A stretch of 64,000 nt of DNA from Candidatus Cloacimonadales bacterium. GTDB lineage: Bacteria; Cloacimonadota; Cloacimonadia; Cloacimonadales; JAIOQZ01. Location: assembly GCA_963665815.1 (NCBI GenBank), contig OY762463.1, forward strand, positions 1,216,001 to 1,280,000, written 5' to 3'. The notes below the pieces were generated by a model. That model had not been told where the DNA came from and ran no database searches. It saw only the letters and a program-made list of their open reading frames with translations. Position numbers and translations under genes: made by a program. How positions within the stretch are numbered: position 1 is the first letter of the stretch; every line of letters starts with the position of its first letter. Of the stretch, positions 10,164-20,644 are shown one piece after another.

Positions 10164-10469
10164 ATGGCTTTAAGAATATCAAATCACAATATTACAGCTA
10201 ATGATCTGTTGAAAGATTCCGCTCTCCAGAGATATGGGAAAATATCTCCGGAACAGAATAATAAAAAAAAGGTTGAAAATAATTCACCTTCAATAAATAA
10301 TTTACCAATAGTTAAATCAAGCGAATTGAGAACGTATATTTCAGCTGATGAGAGACACGTGCTGAATGAGATTTTTGGTAAAGATCCCAGAGCTGACCGA
10401 CCTGAAGGATTTGTTATGAAACAGGATCCTGCTTCCATGAAAGGTCTTCACATTGATATTCAGTATTAA
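10164..10469 (+). CDS. Hypothetical protein inside the flagellar cluster
   Basis: 101-aa ORF with AGAGG RBS, tightly packed between flgC and fliE; ends KGLHIDIQY. Confidence 0.7.
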   Translation: MALRISNHNITANDLLKDSALQRYGKISPEQNNKKKVENNSPSINNLPIVKSSELRTYISADERHVLNEIFGKDPRADRPEGFVMKQDPASMKGLHIDIQY

Positions 10470-10510
10470 ACTGATGAGGAATTTTACCGATAATAAGGTA
10501 AGGAGTTAAT

Positions 10511-10822
10511 ATGTCTGACCCAAGAATTACAGCTATTCAGCAAATGAATCAATTGAAAGACATTGCGAAAAGTAAAGATAGCATACAGCAGAAAAAACCC
10601 GAAGTATCCTTTAAGGATATGATGAAGCAATATCTTAATGAAGCTAATGAACAGCAGCTTGAAGCAGATGAAAACATACAGAAGATAATTGCAGGTGAAG
10701 ATGTTGATCCTCATGACGTAATGATTGCTGCTGAAAAAGCAAACCTCAGTTTTGATTTAATTATGGAAATCAGAAACAAGATGCTGGAAGCATACAAAGA
10801 AGTTATCAAATCACCTGTTTAA
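10511..10822 (+). CDS. fliE: Flagellar hook-basal body protein FliE
   Basis: SFKDMM, HDVMIAAEKANLSFDLIMEIRNKMLEAYKEV. Confidence 0.93.
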   Translation: MSDPRITAIQQMNQLKDIAKSKDSIQQKKPEVSFKDMMKQYLNEANEQQLEADENIQKIIAGEDVDPHDVMIAAEKANLSFDLIMEIRNKMLEAYKEVIKSPV

Positions 10823-10870
10823 TAAACATAAATGATTTACTTAATTTTCCGGTAATCTGAGAAAGAGAAT

Positions 10871-12463
10871 ATGCAGGATTTTATACAAGACTTTCGAGCA
10901 AAAATTGCTGAGATTTACGGCAGACTTGAGACCAGACAAAAAATTGTCCTTGGTGTACTGTTAATCGCCAGTTTCGCAGTTTTTATCTGGCTTATAAGCT
11001 GGAGTACAAAAGAAGAATATTCCCTTCTTTTTGGTAATATGGACCCTAAAGAAGCGAATGAAGCAATTAAGAAATTAGACGAACTGAATATTAAATACAA
11101 ACTGAGCAATGCTGGAAAATCAATACTGATACCTAAAGAGCTTGTATACTCAACCAGAATAAAACTCAGTTCGGAAGGAATTGCCAGCCAGACCGGAGTT
11201 GGATTCGAGATATTCGATAAACCTAATCTTGGAACAACAGAAGCTGTTCAGAAGCTTAACAGACAAAGAGCTCTTGAAGGTGAACTCCAGAGAACAATCA
11301 TGGCGATTGACGGAGTTGAATTTGTAAGAGTACACCTGCAGCTTCCGGAAGAAAAACTGTTTCAGGAAGATCAACAGGAGCCATCCGCTTCTGTTTTGAT
11401 TCAATCTAAAGGCAAACTTAATCAGAGACAGGTAGAGGGTATTACAAACCTTATAGCTTCTGCTGTGGAAGGTCTTGAAGTATCAGCTATTACAGTTACA
11501 GACAGAAATGGGAACATCCTCACAGAAAACTATGATGATTCTGTTTCAGGGTTATCCAGTTATCAGCTTAAACTCCAGAGACAGGTTGAAACAGATCTTA
11601 AGCATAAAGTTCAAACTATGATGGATAAACTCGTTGAACCTGGTAACTCAGAAATTAGAGTTTCTGCCGAATTGAACTTTGACAAAATAGAATCAACCAT
11701 GGAGAAATATGATCCGGACAGTAAAGTCACCAGATCTGAAGAAATCGAGAATGTTACTTCTGAAATGGCAGCAGACAGTATTTCCGAATCATCCGAACAT
11801 TTAATAACAAACTATGAAATCAACAGGACTGTTCAACATGTATTCAATTCTGTTGGAAATATAAAAAGACTTTCAGTCTCAGTTACAGTTAATCACAGAA
11901 TCGATTATAAAATTGTCGATGGTAAAGAGGTAAAAGAATATACTGAAAGAACAACTGAAGACCTTGAACAGATTGAATCTCTCGTAAGAACTGCTGTAGG
12001 ATTCTCAGCAGAACGAGGAGATGCAATTGTAGTAAACTCCCGTAGATTCGAAACAGCAAATTATGATAAGTGGAAAAGAGAGCAAAGCCAGGTTGAGACA
12101 AGAGGTGTAATGATGAAGATGGTTGAAACAGGAGTCATTCTTCTCATACTTGTGATACTTATTTTCACTCTTATCAGTCAGTTCAGAAAAGTATTCGCAC
12201 AACCTGCCGAAGCAGAAGAAAGCTCACTTCGACCAGTACTTGCACATGGAGATATTGATCAGGAAGGTTTCTATCCAGAAGGTGAAGAAGGCCTTCCAAT
12301 GGGCGAAGGTAAAATTTCATATACATTCAAGCCTATGAAAGACATTGAAATTGAACAGACAGAAACAATGGCTCTTCAAGAAGCAGTAAAAACCTTTATT
12401 CTGGAAAATCCGGAGACTGCAGTTAAACTGATTAAGAGCTGGATACTGGAAAGGAAATTTTAG
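10871..12463 (+). CDS. fliF: Flagellar MS-ring protein FliF
   Basis: Two TM helices, GFEIFD, RALEGELQRTI, ASAVEGL, IKRLSVSV, RGDAI, C-terminal NPETAVKLIKSW. Confidence 0.95.
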   Translation: MQDFIQDFRAKIAEIYGRLETRQKIVLGVLLIASFAVFIWLISWSTKEEYSLLFGNMDPKEANEAIKKLDELNIKYKLSNAGKSILIPKELVYSTRIKLSSEGIASQTGVGFEIFDKPNLGTTEAVQKLNRQRALEGELQRTIMAIDGVEFVRVHLQLPEEKLFQEDQQEPSASVLIQSKGKLNQRQVEGITNLIASAVEGLEVSAITVTDRNGNILTENYDDSVSGLSSYQLKLQRQVETDLKHKVQTMMDKLVEPGNSEIRVSAELNFDKIESTMEKYDPDSKVTRSEEIENVTSEMAADSISESSEHLITNYEINRTVQHVFNSVGNIKRLSVSVTVNHRIDYKIVDGKEVKEYTERTTEDLEQIESLVRTAVGFSAERGDAIVVNSRRFETANYDKWKREQSQVETRGVMMKMVETGVILLILVILIFTLISQFRKVFAQPAEAEESSLRPVLAHGDIDQEGFYPEGEEGLPMGEGKISYTFKPMKDIEIEQTETMALQEAVKTFILENPETAVKLIKSWILERKF

Positions 12464-12475
12464 ATTACCAATAAT

Positions 12476-13144
12476 ATGAGTAACTTTACATTAAAATCAC
12501 CTGTGCCTATTCGCAAAGCTGCACTCAGTTATGAAAATGGAGATAATCAGGATAAGAAAATCATGAATAACGATATACTAGATCATCTTCTGGAACAAAG
12601 AGAAAGAAAACTGAGACAGCAATACGAGTCCATACTGAAGCAGGAAACTGATAAAGCTTATCATAGAGGTTTCAATGATGGTAAGGATCAATCTCAAATT
12701 GTTTTGAATCAACAACTTCAACCCATACAAGACTTCGCAGCAAGAATTACTGAACAATTCAGGAATGAACTTGATTCCTTTTATGAAAAAGAGGAACAGC
12801 AAATTCTGGAGCTTATTCTGCATATTGCCCGTAAAGTTATACATACTGAAGTTTCATTAAATCCGGAAATTGTTCTGCATATTTTAAGATCAAGTCTTAA
12901 ACTGCTAAGCGACAGAAGAAACATTGTTATAAATGTGAATTCTGCTGAATGGTCAATTATAAAAGAAAACATGGAATCACTGGGACATGAATTTGATATT
13001 CCCGCTGATACTGAGATCAGAGGTACACAACACCTTGAAAAAGGAAGTGTCAGGATTGATACTGAATCAGGAACAATTGATTCCCGGATTTCTACTCAAA
13101 TTGACGAAATAACCAGAAAAATTCTGAAAGAATATAAAATCTGA
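12476..13144 (+). CDS. fliH: Flagellar export protein FliH/SctL
   Basis: AYHRGFNDG, IARKVIHTE, GSVRIDTESGTIDSRI; lies just before fliI. Confidence 0.85.
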   Translation: MSNFTLKSPVPIRKAALSYENGDNQDKKIMNNDILDHLLEQRERKLRQQYESILKQETDKAYHRGFNDGKDQSQIVLNQQLQPIQDFAARITEQFRNELDSFYEKEEQQILELILHIARKVIHTEVSLNPEIVLHILRSSLKLLSDRRNIVINVNSAEWSIIKENMESLGHEFDIPADTEIRGTQHLEKGSVRIDTESGTIDSRISTQIDEITRKILKEYKI

Positions 13145-13145
13145 A

Positions 13146-14459
13146 ATGTCTGTCCCAATTAACTTCTCAAAATATCATCAAATAATAGATAATGTGAATC
13201 CAATTAAGCAAAACGGTACTGTTTCACAAATTATCGGACTGATAGTAGAATCAATCGGACCTGCCGCCTCAATAGGAGATATCTGCTATATACACTCCAA
13301 TGATGGCAGAAAGCACATGACAGAGGTTGTAGGTTTCAAGAAAAACAAGACCTTGCTGATGCCCCTCAAAGAGCTATATGGTATTGCTCCCGGAAATCAG
13401 GTATCAACATTCAGAGAACCGTTTTCTGTTGCTACAGGGGATGAGCTTCTTGGAAGAGTGATCGATGGCCTGGGAAACCCTATAGACAGTGGTCCGGAAC
13501 TTAAACTGAAAGAACGTCGTTCCGTTTTCAGTCCTCCACCGAATCCACTTACAAGACAAAGGATAACTGAACCGCTTCAGCTCGGCATAAGATCAATTGA
13601 CGCATTGTTGACATGTGGAAAAGGTCAGAGAACAGGTATTTTTGCCGGCTCGGGTGTTGGTAAATCTGTTCTTCTCGGCATGATTGCCCGTAACACAAAA
13701 GCAGATATCAATGTTATTGCTCTGATTGGTGAGCGGGGACGTGAAGTAAGAGACTTTATTGAAAGCGATCTTGGAGAAGAAGGACTTAAACGATCAGTTG
13801 TTATTGTTGCAACATCAGATCAGGCTGCTCTTACAAGAGTCAAGGGAGCATTAGTAGCTACGACAATAGCCGAGTATTTCAGAGATAAAGGACTGAATGT
13901 TCTACTGATGATGGACTCCGTTACACGATATGCCATGGCACTAAGAGAAATAGGACTGGCAGTCGGTGAACCTCCAACAACAAAAGGATATACTCCATCT
14001 GTGTTTGCAAATCTCCCAAAACTGCTTGAGCGAGCTGGTACATCCGCAACAGGGACAATAACAGGGCTTTATACTGTGCTGGTAGAAGGTGGAGACATGG
14101 ATGAACCGATTGCCGATGCAGTACGTTCCATCCTTGACGGGCACATTCTGTTATCTCGTAAACTGGCATCAAAAGGACATTATCCGGCTGTAGAAATACT
14201 TGGATCAATATCTCGTGTGATGAATAGTGTCATTGAAAACGAACAGAAAACTGCAGCCCAGAAAATTATTGAGATAATGGCAACATATAAAGAAGCTGAA
14301 GATATCATCAATATTGGAGCATATTCATCAGGTTCCAACCCTAATATTGATTATGCTATTTCAAAAATAGAAAAAGTTAATAGATTTCTTAAGCAGCAGA
14401 TTGAAGAGAAGTCAGATTTTCAGACAACTCTTGATCAGCTAAAAGCAATAATAAAATAA
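13146..14459 (+). CDS. fliI: Flagellar export ATPase FliI
   Basis: FAGSGVGKS, IGERGREV, MDSVTRYAMA, GEPPTTKGYTPS, ILDGHI. Confidence 0.95.
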   Translation: MSVPINFSKYHQIIDNVNPIKQNGTVSQIIGLIVESIGPAASIGDICYIHSNDGRKHMTEVVGFKKNKTLLMPLKELYGIAPGNQVSTFREPFSVATGDELLGRVIDGLGNPIDSGPELKLKERRSVFSPPPNPLTRQRITEPLQLGIRSIDALLTCGKGQRTGIFAGSGVGKSVLLGMIARNTKADINVIALIGERGREVRDFIESDLGEEGLKRSVVIVATSDQAALTRVKGALVATTIAEYFRDKGLNVLLMMDSVTRYAMALREIGLAVGEPPTTKGYTPSVFANLPKLLERAGTSATGTITGLYTVLVEGGDMDEPIADAVRSILDGHILLSRKLASKGHYPAVEILGSISRVMNSVIENEQKTAAQKIIEIMATYKEAEDIINIGAYSSGSNPNIDYAISKIEKVNRFLKQQIEEKSDFQTTLDQLKAIIK

Positions 14460-14477
14460 ATTTTTATCAGGCAGACT

Positions 14478-15905
14478 ATGAAAAAATTCTTTATACTATT
14501 ACTACTCTTATATTTAACCATGCAATCATTTGCGTTGAACAACAATATTGCTAATCAATTTATCCAGAATTTAATTGATAACAAAAATAATTCAAAGTAT
14601 ATCGACAAATCTGTTCTTGAAAAGAGTTCTCGTCTTGGTATAAGATACCGGGATAACCCTAACAAATGCCTTATAGGTTATGATATTGAACCTGATGTTA
14701 AGGAACAACTCAAGAGAAAGAAACTCAACTACTCATACTGCATTACGGATATAGATTCTATTCATTCAAAACTTAACCTGACAATAACGGGAATAGATGC
14801 TGTTAAAACTTTTTACTTCAGAAATAATAAGTTTATATTCCCGCAGATGTATATTGCTCAAGAATGGACGAATCAAACTTCAGAGTATTTTAAGTTCAGT
14901 ATATATGAGCCTGAATATTTTAATGCTTATTCAAGAGCCAAACTGGATGAATTCGTAAACAGTCTGATTGAGATTTTCGATGTAGACTCGATAAAAGTCA
15001 ATAAATTGAAAGAGGAAAAAATAGATTACATCCTCTGTAGGGACAGTGATCAGATAGAAAAAATCACAGGGTATCCGGCAAGAGGTCAGTTTCTTATAGC
15101 TTCCGATGCCATAATTACCAGTTATAACTGTCACTACCATGAAATAGTACATTTCTTCATCAATTATGTGCTTGAGGAAAACAACCTGTATACTAATCCA
15201 TTCATTCTTGAAGGTCTTGCAGTAGCTCTGGGTGGAAGAGGAGGAAAAATCCCTGATGTTATTCTGGACATGGGCTATTACTTACAGAAGAAAGGGTTTT
15301 TGAACTATAAAGAAATTCAAACATTTAAGGGATTCTATGACAATAATGCATCTCTTTCATATCCTTTAGCCGGGCTGTATGTTAAATTCCTGCTGGAGCA
15401 CTTATCATTAGATGACTTTTTGAAACTATACAGAACCTCAGGGGCATCTCGATATAACTTAACAAAGTTGAATGTGAAACTGTTACCTGATGAAGCAGAA
15501 TGGACAGATTTCCTCGGTAAATACACTCAATACAGTAAAATTGAGCCTCATGATCCTGAAAACAATATCAAATCAAGTAAAACAGATACACTGATAATTA
15601 CAGATAATCAGGATTATTACTATTTCTGGGCTAAAAACAGCATAAACCTTTTTGGAGAATCTACAGGTAATGCAAAGAGTCGTTTGATAGATCAGGATTT
15701 TCCTGATCAAATCTATAATGGAGAAAATTACCTGCTGAAGATATTTGACAGTGAAATAAGTATTTATGATCTAAACACAAACAATCTGATAGCAAACTAT
15801 GTGAACAGCTTTGACACAACAGCAAAAGCAGTGTTCAATATTAATGGCTGGTACACATTCAAAGTTAAAAAATCCGTTCTCTCCAATATTAAACTCAATC
15901 AATAA
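14478..15905 (+). CDS. Secreted protein with a gluzincin-type metallopeptidase motif
   Basis: Signal peptide; HEIVH followed by EGLA. Confidence 0.6.
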   Translation: MKKFFILLLLLYLTMQSFALNNNIANQFIQNLIDNKNNSKYIDKSVLEKSSRLGIRYRDNPNKCLIGYDIEPDVKEQLKRKKLNYSYCITDIDSIHSKLNLTITGIDAVKTFYFRNNKFIFPQMYIAQEWTNQTSEYFKFSIYEPEYFNAYSRAKLDEFVNSLIEIFDVDSIKVNKLKEEKIDYILCRDSDQIEKITGYPARGQFLIASDAIITSYNCHYHEIVHFFINYVLEENNLYTNPFILEGLAVALGGRGGKIPDVILDMGYYLQKKGFLNYKEIQTFKGFYDNNASLSYPLAGLYVKFLLEHLSLDDFLKLYRTSGASRYNLTKLNVKLLPDEAEWTDFLGKYTQYSKIEPHDPENNIKSSKTDTLIITDNQDYYYFWAKNSINLFGESTGNAKSRLIDQDFPDQIYNGENYLLKIFDSEISIYDLNTNNLIANYVNSFDTTAKAVFNINGWYTFKVKKSVLSNIKLNQ

Positions 15906-15920
15906 TCACTGGATTACACA

Positions 15921-18524
15921 ATGATATACAAAGACAAAAACTACTCTATCCATGAAAGAGTTGAAGATTTGCTCTCAAGTATGACAATTGAAGAAAAATT
16001 CTGGCAGTTGTTTATGATTCCCGGAGATTTATCCGATGGAAAAGAGAAGTACAGACATGGAATATTTGGATTCCAGGTAGCAGCAAAAGGAAATACAACC
16101 AGTATTGCAGAACAGATACTTGATTACTCGGTCGGTTCTGCTGCAATAGATACTGCAGCACAAATCAATGAGATACAAAAATACTTCGTTGAGGAAACAA
16201 GACTTGGAATTCCGATTATACCTTTTGATGAAACACTTCACGGCTTAATCCGTAAAGGAGCAACTGCATTTCCTCAGTCAATTGCACTTGCTGCAAGCTG
16301 GAATACTGATCTGGTTAAGAATGTATCTCAGGCAATTGTAGATGAAACAAGAAGCAGGGGTATCCGACAATCTCTATCTCCTGTAATTAACATTGCGCGG
16401 GATGTCCGCTGGGGGCGAACTGAAGAAACATACGGTGAAGATCCATACCTCACAAAAGAAATGGCTCATGCTTATATATCGTCTTTTGAGCAGTCTGGAG
16501 TAATAACAACTCCCAAACACTTCATTGCCAATGTCGGTGATGGAGGGAGAGACAGTTATCCGATTCACTTTAATGAAAGACTTATGGAAGAAATCTATTT
16601 CCCTGCATTTAAAACATGTTTCGAGAAAGCCGGTGCAAGATCAGTAATGACTGCTTACAACTCATACGACGGAAGACAATGTACAGCTAATAGCTACTTG
16701 CTAAATGAAAAGCTTAAAAAAGAATGGGAGTTTGATGGTTTTGTTATTACAGATGCCGGAGCAATTGGTGGAGCATCAGTGTTGCACTTCACAGCAGATG
16801 GTTATGATGATGCTACAGCACAAGCTTTTAACAATGGTCTTGATGTTATCTTCCAGACATCCTACGATCACTATCCACTATTCATCAAAGCCTTTGAAGA
16901 TGGTCTAATCCCTGAAAAAGTTATTGATAACGCAGTAAAACGAGTTCTGAAAGCAAAATTTGAACTTGGATTGTTCGAGAATCCTTACGTTGAAGTTGAA
17001 AAAGCCAGAGACATCAATGGTTGTAAGAAACACAGAGAACTTGCCTATAAAGCTGCATGTGAATCAATTACACTATTGAAAAACGGCAATTCTATTTTGC
17101 CTTTATCCGAAAATTTTAAGAAAGTAGCAATTATTGGAAATGATGCTGTTGAAGCACGTCTGGGAGGTTACTCAGGTCCAGGAAACAATCCCATAAGTAT
17201 TCTTAATGGTATAAAAAGCAGGTTTAATCCCGATGTAGAAATCCGTTATGCTGATGGAGTTCCTCGAACCCATTCAAATTATGTTACAATCCCTACTAAC
17301 TGTCTGAGTCATTCTGACGAAGGAAAAGAAGCCCCCGGATTGATAGGAGAATATTTCAATAACATAGATATGAAAGGCAAACCTGAATTAGATAGAATAG
17401 ATAATCATATAGATTTTGGTTGGACACTATTCTCACCAGATCCTGACAAAATAAATTTCGATTTCTATTCTGCGAGATGGACTGGCATCTTAACACCTTC
17501 TGAATCCGGTACTTTCAATATTGGAGTTACAGGTGATGACGGATACAGACTATTTATAAATAATGTACTACTGATTGATAACTGGAAGAAACAGACTTTC
17601 AGGACAGTTACCGTACCTTATGAATTCTCAGCTAAACAAAAATATGACCTAAGGCTTGAGTTTTTTGAGTCGACAGGAAACGCCAGAATTAAATTGATCT
17701 GGGATTTGGGAATTGATTCAGGAACATCAACCAGAATTAATGAAGCTGTAAAAGCCGCATCAGATAGTGATATTGCAATAATTACAGCAGGAATTGAAGA
17801 AGGTGAATTCCGGGACAGAGCAATGCTGAATCTACCAGGTTATCAGGAAGAGCTTATAAACAAAGTTGCAGAAACAGGAACACCTGTTGTTGTTCTTATT
17901 GTCGGAGGAAGTGCCGTTACCATGAACAACTGGATCGATAATGTTGAAGGAATCCTGCATGTCTGGTATCCCGGTGAAGAAGGTGGTAATGCAATAGCAG
18001 ATACCATTCTTGGACATAATAATCCGGCAGGACGACTTCCAATAACATTCCCGATTTCTGAAGCCCAACTTCCATTGTATTATAACCATAAACCAACCGG
18101 TCGTGGAGATGATTACAACAACCTTACCGGCAAACCTTTATTTCCGTTTGGTTTTGGATTAAGCTTTACTTCTTTTAAATATTCTGATGCATCTTTGAAA
18201 AAAAATAAAATAGCTTCTGATGAAAATGTTACAATAACATTTAAAATCACAAACACTGGCGATTATGATGGTGATGAGGTTATACAATTGTATATCCGAG
18301 ATGTGTTGGCTTCTGTTGCTCAACCGATTATGCAGTTAAAAGGATTTCAGAGAATTCATTTGAAATCAGGGGAATCAAAAATTATTGAGTTTGTAATCAC
18401 TCCGGAAATGCTGTCAATTTTAGATGAAAGTCTGAATAGAGTTGTGGAACCGGGTGAATTCAGAATAATGATTGGAGCATCATCAAATGATATACGTTTA
18501 AGAGAGATTTTGACAGTAGAATAA
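15921..18524 (+). CDS. GH3 beta-glucosidase with PA14 insertion and Fn3-like C-terminus
   Basis: RDVRWGRTEETYGED, KHF, VITDAGA, GDDGYRLFI (PA14), DEVIQLYI. Confidence 0.92.
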   Translation: MIYKDKNYSIHERVEDLLSSMTIEEKFWQLFMIPGDLSDGKEKYRHGIFGFQVAAKGNTTSIAEQILDYSVGSAAIDTAAQINEIQKYFVEETRLGIPIIPFDETLHGLIRKGATAFPQSIALAASWNTDLVKNVSQAIVDETRSRGIRQSLSPVINIARDVRWGRTEETYGEDPYLTKEMAHAYISSFEQSGVITTPKHFIANVGDGGRDSYPIHFNERLMEEIYFPAFKTCFEKAGARSVMTAYNSYDGRQCTANSYLLNEKLKKEWEFDGFVITDAGAIGGASVLHFTADGYDDATAQAFNNGLDVIFQTSYDHYPLFIKAFEDGLIPEKVIDNAVKRVLKAKFELGLFENPYVEVEKARDINGCKKHRELAYKAACESITLLKNGNSILPLSENFKKVAIIGNDAVEARLGGYSGPGNNPISILNGIKSRFNPDVEIRYADGVPRTHSNYVTIPTNCLSHSDEGKEAPGLIGEYFNNIDMKGKPELDRIDNHIDFGWTLFSPDPDKINFDFYSARWTGILTPSESGTFNIGVTGDDGYRLFINNVLLIDNWKKQTFRTVTVPYEFSAKQKYDLRLEFFESTGNARIKLIWDLGIDSGTSTRINEAVKAASDSDIAIITAGIEEGEFRDRAMLNLPGYQEELINKVAETGTPVVVLIVGGSAVTMNNWIDNVEGILHVWYPGEEGGNAIADTILGHNNPAGRLPITFPISEAQLPLYYNHKPTGRGDDYNNLTGKPLFPFGFGLSFTSFKYSDASLKKNKIASDENVTITFKITNTGDYDGDEVIQLYIRDVLASVAQPIMQLKGFQRIHLKSGESKIIEFVITPEMLSILDESLNRVVEPGEFRIMIGASSNDIRLREILTVE

Positions 18525-18650
18525 ATCTAAGTCTCCTGATCGACATAGAGTTGACGCTATGTCTTTATGTTCATTAATTAATGCAGAGTCAATAGCGTAC
18601 TTACATCTATGATAGTGTTGCAAACTAAAAATCTACGTGTTTTCATTACG

Positions 18651-18682
18651 AAAAAAAGGCTGAAGATAATCTCAACAGCCTT
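18651..18682 (-). terminator. Intrinsic terminator after the DUF4438 gene
   Basis: AAGGCTG...CAGCCTT hairpin with an A-run (T-run on minus). Confidence 0.55.
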
Positions 18683-18701
18683 ATGTCTTTTATCAAAGAT
18701 A

Positions 18702-19583
18702 TTATCTGTAAATTCCTATTCCAAGTGCTTTACCAATATTTGCATTTTCATCAATTACCGGTTCAATGATTGGAGTCATTGAAGAAAGCAGAGTTGTTAC
18801 TCCAGGACCATGACCTGCATATTTACAATCACCATGAATAATAATACCTATTGTCACTGCACCTTCTCTCCAGCTTCTTCCGTAAACATTATCATGATTC
18901 ACAATTGCTACGAAATCACCGAATCTGAGATTCATAAGGTTATGTTTTTTCAGATATTCCTTGTCTGTTGTCATGATGTCATAGTCACCTGTTCCCATTG
19001 AAAGCGAACCAACTCCGGAACCCATAAGCTCTCCCGGTACAATTGCACTGACAGGAACCTGAAGTTTTCCGTCCTTTTCTTTGATGTTCATCTTCTGAAG
19101 AAGATCCGGATCAAGATTGTAAGCATGTACATCAGGATAATCAAGAAGTTTTAATCCCTGTCCCCAGCCTTTAATGAGGAACTTATCATCAAGAGTAAGC
19201 TCATCAAGGACATCCTGAGGAAAATCAATGATAATATGCTCAGCTCCACCATGGTGACCTGTTACAATACCAGTTTTGCCTTTCAGGTCTCCGGTTATAA
19301 CTTTAGCAGTATTACCAATACATGAATAATAGTGATATCCACGGTTCTTAGGGTTGTAAGAATCTTTCTGTTCTCTGATTGTAGATACACCAGGCTCGAT
19401 ATGATCGGATTCCCAACCATAAACGGAATCACCTATTTTGATGTTATAAACAATACCGCCAGTTCCTGGAACAGTAAATGGAACACCATTACTGTCTACA
19501 CCAAAACTACTGCGATATGCAGGAGCAGACACTGTTCCCTGTACGGACATCATTACAACTTTTTCGCTGTTTGTTCTCAGCAT
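18702..19583 (-). CDS. DUF4438 family protein
   Basis: MLRTN, PGTGGI, DHIEPGVS, GHHGGAEH, GDYDI, AGHGPGVT. Confidence 0.8.
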   Translation of the reverse strand: MLRTNSEKVVMMSVQGTVSAPAYRSSFGVDSNGVPFTVPGTGGIVYNIKIGDSVYGWESDHIEPGVSTIREQKDSYNPKNRGYHYYSCIGNTAKVITGDLKGKTGIVTGHHGGAEHIIIDFPQDVLDELTLDDKFLIKGWGQGLKLLDYPDVHAYNLDPDLLQKMNIKEKDGKLQVPVSAIVPGELMGSGVGSLSMGTGDYDIMTTDKEYLKKHNLMNLRFGDFVAIVNHDNVYGRSWREGAVTIGIIIHGDCKYAGHGPGVTTLLSSMTPIIEPVIDENANIGKALGIGIYR

Positions 19584-19883
19584 AACTAACCTCCGATACG
19601 TAATTTATCTTGTTAAATAATTATCTCTTTATCCAGATAAAATCAAAATATTATATTGGTGTCTTCTGTAAAGTTTAATCTTTGTCTGTCAGGGTGAAAC
19701 CATTTCAGATCTTTTACATAATTGTGAAATTTTAAGTTAGATTTTATGTAAGTAAGGTCAAAAACATATAATCTATTTCTACCTCAATTTGTATTTTCTA
19801 TAAGTATATTAAATACAACCAAGCTTGCCGAAATCTATCAACAGGCTGTTTCAGGTTTAAGTATACGATCCATTTTAATTGTT

Positions 19884-19939
19884 GAGATTTTAGCATAATT
19901 GGGATTTTTGACTCGATTGAGGTATTATTAAAAGCTCTC
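19884..19939. mobile_element. MITE-like element, minimal copy 4
   Basis: GAGATTTTAGCATAATTGGGATTTTTGACTCGA...AAAGCTCTC. Confidence 0.6.
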
Positions 19940-19945
19940 TTGTTC

Positions 19946-20219
19946 CTATTCGTATCTCAAAGCATCTATAGGATTCAGGTTTGCCGCCTTTCTCGCCGGA
20001 TAGTACCCGAAGAAAATTCCGACTGCTCCGGAAAAGCTGAATGCGGTAAGAATCACCAGAGGACTGAGTACCGTATACAATGGTGTGAATTTATCAATAA
20101 ACAAGCTTATAGCCACTGCCAGAGTAATCCCGATTATACCATCGGCCATTCATTTTCCAGTATGTATAAACGGCACCAACCAGAACTAGCATCACGAGCA
20201 TTGATATTATTTTTTTTAT
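19946..20219 (-). pseudogene. Remnant of a MacAB-type ABC efflux operon: adaptor-like N-terminus joined to a MacB/FtsX permease C-terminus
   Basis: C-terminal [24 protein letters not shown]; upstream, in another frame, GAGGA then ATA-KKIISMLVMLVLVGAVYTYWK. Confidence 0.7.
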
Positions 20220-20260
20220 TGTTCTTTCCTCAAGTATTCAAGCTCTAATGTCATTGTGAC

Positions 20261-20644
20261 TTATCTTCTGTTATCTCGTTTGCGAACATTGTGGAAAGCA
20301 TCTCTGCGTTTATCCTGCATCTTACTGAACTTCTTAATCTGCTCTTTATCGAGATGCTCAATTACTCTTTTATCATACTCACTTTTCTCTTCACGAAATT
20401 TCTTCAGAGCTTTAAATCGTTCATCCCGTGTAGCATTTTTTCCTGGTCTGTTCTTTTCCATAAAAGCTGTTCTTTCGAGAATTATCGGTCTGATATTTTT
20501 GATCTGTTCCTCAGATAGATCGAGTTCCTTTGTATAAGATTTCATTATCCAGTCAGTTCGTTTTACAACATCTTCGCTATAATCTTCTGCGAATGCTATT
20601 GAAAACATTAGTACAAGTACGATCAGGATTAAAACTTTCTTCAT
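20261..20644 (-). CDS. Small secreted helical protein, Spy/CpxP-like
   Basis: Signal peptide MKKVLIL (start 20644, AAGGAG RBS); LDLSEEQ and LDKEQIKKF motifs. Confidence 0.6.
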   Translation of the reverse strand: MKKVLILIVLVLMFSIAFAEDYSEDVVKRTDWIMKSYTKELDLSEEQIKNIRPIILERTAFMEKNRPGKNATRDERFKALKKFREEKSEYDKRVIEHLDKEQIKKFSKMQDKRRDAFHNVRKRDNRR

